Assembly: GCA_964354755.1 (NCBI GenBank) | Contig: CAYHBA010000004.1 | Location: forward strand, 12,644-76,643 | DNA from: an uncultured Thermoplasmata archaeon | GTDB lineage: Archaea > Thermoplasmatota > Thermoplasmata > SG8-5 | Reading direction: 5' to 3' | Length of the DNA stretch: 64,000 bases | Shown here: one piece after another, positions 27,503 to 34,894 of the stretch | Layout: the number at the start of each line of letters is the position of its first letter | Numbering within the stretch: the first letter of the stretch is position 1 | Position numbers and translations under genes: made by a program | The notes under the pieces: generated by a model | Database searches by the model: none | Told to the model about the DNA's origin: nothing | Seen by the model: only the letters and a program-made list of their open reading frames with translations

Positions 27503-30172
27503 ATGGGGTCGTGTCTCAGCATTTTCCTGGTCGCCTGCCTTCTGTTTGCAGCACTGCCGATGGCGAACCGTGTGTCTGAAGAGAGACCCATTGAAGCGGA
27601 CCAAACCCGCGCCTCGGCCCTTGCAGGTTCGGTATTCATAAACGAGATATTGTTCGACCCCGAAGGCGACGAAGTCTCGGGGGAATGGGTCGAGGTGCTG
27701 AATGCGGCCGGAACATCGATCAATCTGGTGGGCTGGGCCCTCTCCGACCAGGAGGGCGGCGTCGATTTCACATTCCCCAGCATAATATTTCCGCAGGCCG
27801 GAATCGCCGTGGTGCATGCGGGTTCCGGAACCAATGCCACGGCATTCGCCGGAGGGCGCGCTGAGTTCTACATGGGAAAGGCTTCGGCCCTGCTCTCGAA
27901 CACCGGCGATGACGTTCTCCTCCGTGATGCCGCGAATGCCACCGTAGACTTCGTGTCCTACGGCCAGTGGGACGGCGCGTCCGTGCAGCCGCCGCCCGCT
28001 GATTTCCAATATGAGCACAGCAATGCCACAGCCCCGGAAGGATTCTCACTTGCATTGTGCAGCGGCATTCTTAGGCAGTCCGTGCCAACGCCGCTTTTCG
28101 GCAACAATGAGGACTGGCCGCATGGGGCCGGTGTCCTGCTGAGGCAGGTCCATTACTATGCCTGGGGCGAGAATGAGTTTGTCAGCATATTCAACCCGCT
28201 TTCGGTCCAGGTGGACATATCCTCATGGTTCATCACTGACAGCGAGGGCATTGCGGCCTTCCCCCCTGGAACGGCCATAGGCTCGGGCGAGGAGCTGGTC
28301 ATGGCCCAGAACGCCACCAATTACTGCATGCAATTGCTGCGCAGCCCCGATTTCGAGTATGGCGGAAGCAATCTCTCTGTGCCGGACGCAGCCGTCATCG
28401 GCTCGGCTCCGGCTCTGTCCAACGCCGGCGATGAAGTACTGCTCATGAACAATTACGGCACCTGCATGGACGCCTATGTCTACGGCAGCTCATTCTATGT
28501 GGCAGCAAGCTGGACCTCGGGACCAGCAGGGGTCTTGGGCCAGGGCCAGATTGCCAGAAGGAATCCGGGCCAGGACACGAACACGTCCGGGGATTGGTCC
28601 TGCATCAGGCCCTATGTGTTGGGCCAATCTGACTTTTCAAGCGCCCAGTACACGGCCGACGGGGCAATTACCGCTTTCGTATCCCCTGACTGCAGCTTCG
28701 GCGCAGTTTCAGGGACCGTCGACAATGCCAGCTCCAGCATATGGCTGAGTGTCTACGAATTCACGAGCCCGCCTCTCGCGGAAAGGCTGGTTGCGGCTGC
28801 CCAGCGCGGCCTTGATGTCCGCCTCTTCCTGGAAGGAAGCCCAGTCGGAGGCCTCACGCCTGAAGAGATATACCTGGCAAGGCTGGTGGTGCAGGCCGGC
28901 GGCCATGTTCGCATAATGACAAATGACCCCGACAATGGCATCCACGAGCGCTATACATATATCCATGCGAAATACGCCATCTTCGATTCAGACACAATGC
29001 TCATCACGTCGGAGAACTGGGGGCCAAGCGGGATACCCGAACCCGGAGAGGCAGGGAACAGGGGGTGGGGTGCAATAATAAAAGACACGGACCTTGCCTC
29101 CTACTTCGCCGGCGTCTTCGCCGAGGACTGGAACCCGTCGAGGCCAGACAGCGTCTCATTCGATCAGAGCCATCCGCTCTGGAACGCTGGAACAGCGCCA
29201 TCCGGCAATGCCACACATTACACGCCTGCATTTGAGCCATTGACAGTGACCTCGCAGGCCAGCGTCATCCCGATTCTGGCGCCGGACACATCCCTGGCTG
29301 AAGAAACAGTCCTGGGCATGATGGATTCGGCAACCGAGAGGGTGTATGTCGAGCAGTTCTATGCCTACAAGCACTGGGGAGACAGGTACGCTGACACACC
29401 GGTCACGGCCCCGGACCTTTACCTCGAAGCGGCAATAGACGCGGCCAGGCGGGGCTGCGAGGTGAAAATCCTGCTCGACGCGACATATTACAACGTCGAT
29501 GAAACAGACCCGATAGACAATGACGACACGGCCGCTTACATCAACGCCATAGCTGCAGCCGAGGCTCTTGACCTGGAATCCAAGCTGGTGAACCTGACAG
29601 AGCATGATTTCGACAAGATTCACAACAAGGGCGTGATAGCGGATAATTCCGTCCTCATATCCAGCATCAACTGGAATCTCAATTCTGTCACATGCAACCG
29701 CGAGTCCGGCGTCATCATAGGAAACAACGAGGTGGCTGATTATTTCACCGGCGCATTCATGCTTGATTGGCAGGACGACTGGACGCCGCCGTTCGCGCAT
29801 TTCGGGCTGAACACCTCCTACGCGGCCAATTCCACGGTCGTGATAAACGCGACCACATCATCGGACAATGTGGGCATAGTGAATTACACATGGACGCTGG
29901 ATAGCCAAGTCGTATGCTGGGGCATTGTTTTCTCCCATGTGATTGCCGAGCCCGGTCAGTACATTGTAAACCTGACTGTGAGGGATGCATGGGACAATGC
30001 CGGGACATATGAGCGCACCCTGAATGTGGTGCCAGCCGATGAGATGCAGGCAAACGAGACTGATTCGGGCGGCATGGACTCGTCCACTGCCAAGATGCTG
30101 CTCATGTTCCTTCTGATTCCGCTTTTCATTTTCATAGCCATATTGGCCGTGGCAAGACTCAAGCGCCGGTGA
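27503..30172 (+). CDS. Secreted phospholipase D/nuclease-family (two HKD motifs) enzyme with two lamin-tail domains, PKD domain and C-terminal TM anchor
   Basis: Signal peptide MGSCLSIFLVACLLFAALPMA. LTD signatures VFINEILFDPEGDEVSGEWVEVLNAAGTSINLVGWALSD, plus a second weaker copy. HKD motifs IHAKYAIFDSDTMLITSENW and IHNKGVIADNSVLISSINW. PKD SSDNVGIVNYTWT...YIVNLTVRDAWDN. TM LLMFLLIPLFIFIAILAVA followed by RLKRR. Confidence 0.85.
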   Translation: MGSCLSIFLVACLLFAALPMANRVSEERPIEADQTRASALAGSVFINEILFDPEGDEVSGEWVEVLNAAGTSINLVGWALSDQEGGVDFTFPSIIFPQAGIAVVHAGSGTNATAFAGGRAEFYMGKASALLSNTGDDVLLRDAANATVDFVSYGQWDGASVQPPPADFQYEHSNATAPEGFSLALCSGILRQSVPTPLFGNNEDWPHGAGVLLRQVHYYAWGENEFVSIFNPLSVQVDISSWFITDSEGIAAFPPGTAIGSGEELVMAQNATNYCMQLLRSPDFEYGGSNLSVPDAAVIGSAPALSNAGDEVLLMNNYGTCMDAYVYGSSFYVAASWTSGPAGVLGQGQIARRNPGQDTNTSGDWSCIRPYVLGQSDFSSAQYTADGAITAFVSPDCSFGAVSGTVDNASSSIWLSVYEFTSPPLAERLVAAAQRGLDVRLFLEGSPVGGLTPEEIYLARLVVQAGGHVRIMTNDPDNGIHERYTYIHAKYAIFDSDTMLITSENWGPSGIPEPGEAGNRGWGAIIKDTDLASYFAGVFAEDWNPSRPDSVSFDQSHPLWNAGTAPSGNATHYTPAFEPLTVTSQASVIPILAPDTSLAEETVLGMMDSATERVYVEQFYAYKHWGDRYADTPVTAPDLYLEAAIDAARRGCEVKILLDATYYNVDETDPIDNDDTAAYINAIAAAEALDLESKLVNLTEHDFDKIHNKGVIADNSVLISSINWNLNSVTCNRESGVIIGNNEVADYFTGAFMLDWQDDWTPPFAHFGLNTSYAANSTVVINATTSSDNVGIVNYTWTLDSQVVCWGIVFSHVIAEPGQYIVNLTVRDAWDNAGTYERTLNVVPADEMQANETDSGGMDSSTAKMLLMFLLIPLFIFIAILAVARLKRR

Positions 30173-30197
30173 TGAAAGCTTAATCAACATCAACCTA

Positions 30198-31160
30198 TTG
30201 CGCCATCCGATGAAGACCACAGTCATCAGCATACTGAACTCGGAAAAGCTCGCCGCCAGCTTGGGCAAGAAGGGCACGGAGAGCGACATCACCCTGTACA
30301 ATCACAAACAGGAGGAGAGGGCCATTTCGGCAGTCTGCCCGAGCCGGTACCCGGAAAAACTCGCGCCCCTGCTCTTCGCGCTATACCTGGGCTCTGAAGT
30401 GTTCATGGTGGTCGACAGGCTGGACAAGACCCTGGGGGAGGAGATAGTCGCCTGCGACGTCATGGGAAAGGCGAGAGGCAGGGTTTTCCTGGACAATTAC
30501 ATCACGCCCGACCAAGTGAAACCCCTTCTCAAGGACACGGCCATGAGAGACTGGCCTGTTGTCGAGGGCATGGGCAATCCGAACGAGATGCGCGAAGAAC
30601 TCATGGCCAGGGAGCCTGTACCGAGAGAAGGGCCGACAAGGGTCAGCATAGACCATTCCTTCCCGGTCAAAGGCCTCGGAACCGTATGCCTGGGGATAGT
30701 GGACCAGGGCATCGTCAGGAAGCATCAGGAGCTCCGGATATTTCCGACCGAGAAGAAAACCCAGATACGGTCGATTCAGGTTCACGACAATGATGTGGAC
30801 GAGGCAGGCTCAGGCAGCCGCGTGGGTCTGGCCGTGAAGGGACTGGAACCGGAAGACATCGGCCGCGGGACCATCCTGGCCGAGGAAGGGATTCTCCAGG
30901 TCAGGAAGGAACTGGACCTAACATTGTCAGTGAACAGGTTCTGGAAAGGCGTGCTGAAGAGCGGCATGGTGGTTCACGCCGCCTGCGGCATGCAGTTCAT
31001 TCCCGGAACTGTGACCATGGAGGGGGAACTGAAGGCGGGGCAGTCGGGAAAGATTCATGTTGCGCTGGAGACGCCGATGGCGATTGCTCCTACCGATTCG
31101 GTCGTGATATGCTGGCTGGAGTCGGTGGGGTCGAGGGTGGTGGGGAAGGGGACGCAGTGA
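30198..31160 (+). CDS. EF-Tu/EF-1alpha-like protein with degenerate G domain (EF-Tu domain 2 present)
   Basis: SIDHSFPVKGLGTVCLGIVDQGIVRKHQELRIFP...IRSIQVHDNDVDEAGSGSRVGLAVKG...RGTIL is a typical EF-Tu domain-2 barrel. The P-loop position reads SLGKKGTESD rather than GHxDxGKS. Confidence 0.65.
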   Translation: MRHPMKTTVISILNSEKLAASLGKKGTESDITLYNHKQEERAISAVCPSRYPEKLAPLLFALYLGSEVFMVVDRLDKTLGEEIVACDVMGKARGRVFLDNYITPDQVKPLLKDTAMRDWPVVEGMGNPNEMREELMAREPVPREGPTRVSIDHSFPVKGLGTVCLGIVDQGIVRKHQELRIFPTEKKTQIRSIQVHDNDVDEAGSGSRVGLAVKGLEPEDIGRGTILAEEGILQVRKELDLTLSVNRFWKGVLKSGMVVHAACGMQFIPGTVTMEGELKAGQSGKIHVALETPMAIAPTDSVVICWLESVGSRVVGKGTQ

Positions 31161-33164
31161 TTACCAATCAACCGTCCAGACCGAATCAGCAATTGTGTGC
31201 ACCCAGTAGCCTTCCCCCGCGTGCATGATATATGTCGGCCCCGCTTCCTTGATTAAACACGGTTCTGCCGGGTCGAAGACCCCCACGCGGTCCACGCCAG
31301 TGCCCCAGAGGGCATTGGCCACTGTCTCGGGCGTCAGGCTCGGATAACCCACAAGGTTCCAGCCGACGTACAGCGGGATGTTCGTCGTGCCCGGGTCATC
31401 CCCCTCCACCCGCAGCATCCCGTCAGAGCCAATGTCAGTTATGCAAATCCACAGGCCCATTGTGTTGTCGATGTATGTGAGGTCATTGACCGGAGAACCG
31501 ATCCTGTATGTCTTCCATAGGTCTTCCGGGGTCAGTGGATTGAACCACTTGATGACGCTCCATGCAGTGTCTCCGCCCATGTCATCCAGCACTGCCGCGG
31601 GCGGGCCGGAGGCCATCACAGGGAAAGACATGAGGTTCCAGCCGCTGACGATCGGGATGTCGAAGAACCCCCCGTCCGCGATTATTTGGCATGAGCCCTG
31701 CATCAGAATCGCGGTGTTCGGCGTCGCCGCAGTGTCCCTCACCTGTCCGCAGTAATCGACCCAGTCGCCTACGGCGAATGTGTCACCAGGTATTGTGTAA
31801 GTTAGATTGTTCATATAGCTGCCCCAGGTGAAGGATTGATTGACCCAGGAAAAGTTGTTCCATGAGCCATTGTTTACCCTGTACTGGAAATAAGAAGCGG
31901 CAACAGCCGGGTTGTAAGGCCTGAAATCCCCATAGCTAGCATTGAAGTACAAAGATTGATTGATATATGCTGTTGCTCCGGGGACAGTGTTCCACACAGC
32001 CACAGGTGCGGTAGTGTCAGTGATGGTGAAAATGCTCCCCACCCAATCGCCCCAGAAATAATCACATCCCCGGACTTCGAAAGCATGGGCGCCCTCGGAA
32101 TAACCGTTGGGGAAGTAGTAGTAGAAGATGACATCCTCGGTTACTTCGTCGTAAGCGCCGTCCAAGGCCATCATGGCAAAGGTAACGCCTCCATCGATGC
32201 GGACTTCAGCGGCTGTGATTATATCGCCCTCATTTGCTGAATCGGAGACTATTGCGGTCAGAGTCACATACTCGTAGATGATGTTGCCGTCGTGCGGATT
32301 GGGGCTGGCCGCGAGGTTGAATGTATAAGGTCCCGGGGGTGGTGGATATGCCCAAAGGTTGTTCGACATCCCGTAGCTGTACAATGGCGCGTAGAACGGG
32401 AATGTGCCACCGTCCCATTTGACCCTGACCGCATACCAGGAATCGAAAACCCATGCAGGGTCGGTGTATTTCCAGATACTTCCGTCGAAAGTTGCATCCC
32501 CCAAGAATGTGCCCTGATTGGTCTGAGTTATCGGGCCAGCAGTGCTTTTATACACGCCGTAGCCGTCGAAGAGGCTCGATACCTCGAATCCGGTCGTCTG
32601 CTGGGATATGCCTATCACACAAGTATAACCCTCCAATGAGATCAAGTATGGGTCGTTGATGGGTGTCAGTATGTTCGGCGCCACCGGGTACACCCCGCCC
32701 CCGTAGTTCGTAGAGCCGTCCCCGTCCATCTGGTCCTCGTAAATCATTGTGTAATTGCGGCCGGTGGTTGACTGGTCATCGAACACCTCGTAGACCATGA
32801 CCGCGTTCTCGCCGGGGTACCATGCGTCCCATATCGAGCCGACATCGCCGCCGGACTGGTCGTATGTGGCATTGTAAATCCAGAATCCCGGTGTGTCGGT
32901 GGCAATGCCCTTGGTGTTGGTTCCGAATGTGCAGACACTGACGCTTGGGCTGAATGGCTCGGCCTGTTCCCAGACATAGCATATCCCATTCGGCTGATTG
33001 CCCGGCAGCGAGGCATGGGTGCCGTCAGTCGCTGGAGCCACCCTGGATATGACAATCTCCGGCGTTCCGCGGAACCGGTCAACCGGTTCCGAGGCCATGC
33101 CCAGGAAAGGAACTGCAACCATACTCAATCCTATCAGTGCTACAATGATTTTCAGTTTCATCAT
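31161..33164 (-). CDS. Secreted protein of unknown function, third member of a three-gene paralog operon; ends in the shared C-terminal domain
   Basis: Start at ATGATGA, overlapping the upstream stop (ATGA coupling). Signal peptide MMKLKIIVALIGLSMVAVPFLGMA. The N-terminal ~250 aa are homologous to the two upstream genes (GTPEIVISRVAPATDGTHASLPGNQPNGICYVWEQAE...YAVRVKWDGGTFPFYAPLYSYGMSN). The ORF-track extension to 33437 is rejected. Confidence 0.8.
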   Translation of the reverse strand: MMKLKIIVALIGLSMVAVPFLGMASEPVDRFRGTPEIVISRVAPATDGTHASLPGNQPNGICYVWEQAEPFSPSVSVCTFGTNTKGIATDTPGFWIYNATYDQSGGDVGSIWDAWYPGENAVMVYEVFDDQSTTGRNYTMIYEDQMDGDGSTNYGGGVYPVAPNILTPINDPYLISLEGYTCVIGISQQTTGFEVSSLFDGYGVYKSTAGPITQTNQGTFLGDATFDGSIWKYTDPAWVFDSWYAVRVKWDGGTFPFYAPLYSYGMSNNLWAYPPPPGPYTFNLAASPNPHDGNIIYEYVTLTAIVSDSANEGDIITAAEVRIDGGVTFAMMALDGAYDEVTEDVIFYYYFPNGYSEGAHAFEVRGCDYFWGDWVGSIFTITDTTAPVAVWNTVPGATAYINQSLYFNASYGDFRPYNPAVAASYFQYRVNNGSWNNFSWVNQSFTWGSYMNNLTYTIPGDTFAVGDWVDYCGQVRDTAATPNTAILMQGSCQIIADGGFFDIPIVSGWNLMSFPVMASGPPAAVLDDMGGDTAWSVIKWFNPLTPEDLWKTYRIGSPVNDLTYIDNTMGLWICITDIGSDGMLRVEGDDPGTTNIPLYVGWNLVGYPSLTPETVANALWGTGVDRVGVFDPAEPCLIKEAGPTYIMHAGEGYWVHTIADSVWTVDW
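31164..31664 (-). other. Shared CTD, copy 7 (divergent), 167 aa
   Basis: FDIPIVSGWNLMSFP...LWKTYRIGSPVNDL...VGWNLVGYP...EGYWVHTIADSVWTVDW-stop. Confidence 0.8.
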
Positions 33165-34894
33165 GGCACCACCGGTGTTATCAGCGCTGGGGTCCACGTG
33201 AAGCTGGACGTGACGCTGATATAGATGCCGTAGCCCGAAGTGATGGTGAAATCGTCCCCTGTCCATTCCTCGAATATCCCGTCGTACAGATAGGGGGTGG
33301 ATGACTGATATCCGGGCATCCACATTCCGACAACATTGATTTTCGTGTCGAGGCCGGGGCCCATGAGTGCCCCCTCCAGCTCCATGACTATGTCGCTCGC
33401 GGAAACATAGGAGCATGTCGCAGGCAGGTTGAACCACATGATGTTGGTCTTGGGCAGGCTGTTGTGCGTGAATGAAAGCATCGTGTTTGTGTCAATCCCG
33501 CACACGACCCAGTTGAAACTTGATGTAATGGACAGATATATTGCGTCGCCCGGGCCAATAGTGAAATCGTCGCCTGTCCATTCCTCGAAATCAGAATCAT
33601 AGACGAAACATGTCGAGTACTGGCCGCTCGGGACCCACTTTCCGACCACGTTTATTTTAGAGTCTAGGCCCGGGCCCATCAATGCCCCTTCAAGTTCAAT
33701 GACTATGTCGCTGGCCGTGTCGTATCCCGAGTCCTGGGGGATGGTTATCCACATGATGTTCGTCCTCGGCGGGCTGTTGTGCGCCATTGCGATGTTCAGC
33801 TTGACGCCCATTGTCGAATTCTCCGATTCAGTACCCACCTCATCGCGCCCTATGACCAGGTAGTACCAGGTGTTGCCGTCTGTCTGCGCGCCTACATGTG
33901 TGTATGTTCCGACGCCTGAGGGCACCGTGCCGAGCAAGTTGGCCGGTTGCTTGACCGAGGTCTTGTCAGTGCCGGCATAGACATCCCAGAAGTTGGATGC
34001 GTTCGGGTTGGTCCAGGTTATAAGAACATCGCTGGCTCCGGATTTGACCACATTGAGGCCTGTCGCCTTTCCAGACACAAATAAATCGTTTGACATCCCA
34101 TAGCTGTACAGCGGGGCATAGAACGGGTATGTCCCGCCGTCCCACTTCACCTTGACGGCGTAATAGGCGGGTTCAGTCCAACCCATGTCCCTGTACACCC
34201 ACTGGCCTCCTTCCAAGGTCGCATCTCCCAGGGAGGTTCCCTGGTTGGCCTGCGTTATCGGGCTCAGGCTCTTCCAGACGCCGTAGCCGTCGAACAGCGC
34301 GGGGACCTCGAATCCGGTCGTCTGCGCGCCTATTGTGATACAACATGATGAGTTGCCCGCGCTTCCCCATGCATAGACCGGGTCAGGAATAGGGGTAAGG
34401 ATGTTCGGCGCAACCGGAACCGCTCCGCCGCCGAAACCTGTACCACCATCCCCCTCCATCTGGTCCTCGTAGATCATCGTGTAATTGCGCCCGGTCGTGG
34501 ACTGGTCGTCGAACACCTCGTATATCATGACCGCATTCTCATTGATAGCCCATGCATCCCAGACGCTTCCTGCGTCTCCCGAGCACTGGTCGTATGCTGC
34601 CCAATAATTCCAAAACCCTGGTGTGTCGATGGCGATGCCCTTGGTGTTGGTCCCAAATGTCGCGACAGTCACACTGGGATTGAAGGCCTCTGCCTGTTCC
34701 CACACATAGCAGATGCCATTCGGTTGGTTGCCTGGGAGCGAGGCATGGGTGCCGTCTGTCGCCGGGGCAACCCGGGATATCACGTTTTCCGGAGTCCCTT
34801 GCGTGTCGGTTTCCAGATTGCCTGCCATCGCGGTGAATGCCGCGAGGGAAATGGCGAATCCGATGATTATGGCAAGGATTTTTCCACCCATCAC
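33161..34894 (-). CDS. Secreted protein of unknown function, second paralog; FN3-like middle, tandem ~100-aa C-terminal repeat
   Basis: 577-aa ORF. Signal peptide MMGGKILAIIIGFAISLAAFTAMA. Shares its N-domain with the neighbours. 4-nt ATGA overlaps at both ends. Confidence 0.8.
   Translation of the reverse strand: MMGGKILAIIIGFAISLAAFTAMAGNLETDTQGTPENVISRVAPATDGTHASLPGNQPNGICYVWEQAEAFNPSVTVATFGTNTKGIAIDTPGFWNYWAAYDQCSGDAGSVWDAWAINENAVMIYEVFDDQSTTGRNYTMIYEDQMEGDGGTGFGGGAVPVAPNILTPIPDPVYAWGSAGNSSCCITIGAQTTGFEVPALFDGYGVWKSLSPITQANQGTSLGDATLEGGQWVYRDMGWTEPAYYAVKVKWDGGTYPFYAPLYSYGMSNDLFVSGKATGLNVVKSGASDVLITWTNPNASNFWDVYAGTDKTSVKQPANLLGTVPSGVGTYTHVGAQTDGNTWYYLVIGRDEVGTESENSTMGVKLNIAMAHNSPPRTNIMWITIPQDSGYDTASDIVIELEGALMGPGLDSKINVVGKWVPSGQYSTCFVYDSDFEEWTGDDFTIGPGDAIYLSITSSFNWVVCGIDTNTMLSFTHNSLPKTNIMWFNLPATCSYVSASDIVMELEGALMGPGLDTKINVVGMWMPGYQSSTPYLYDGIFEEWTGDDFTITSGYGIYISVTSSFTWTPALITPVVP
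33164..33778 (-). repeat. Tandem pair of ~100-aa modules at C-terminus (CTD-related pattern)
   Basis: NSPPRTNIMWITIPQDSGYDTASDIVIELEGAL...KINVVGKWVP...EEWTGDDFTIGPGDAIYLSITS, then NSLPKTNIMWFNLPATCSY...ISVTSSFTWTPALITPVVP-stop. Confidence 0.75.

Noticed and set aside
27404-28018. N-terminal 205-codon extension of the 26030..28018 ORF
   Set aside because: The extension overlaps the well-supported divergent LTD-PLD gene and has no signal peptide. The internal ATG at 27403 gives a canonical signal peptide (MSFGSLNKLLCAMLAGLLLCPMIAG).
33165-33437. N-terminal 91-codon extension of the 31161..33437 ORF
   Set aside because: It overlaps the 3' end of the upstream paralog. ATGATGA at 33164 gives a signal peptide and the same ATGA coupling seen at the neighbouring junction.
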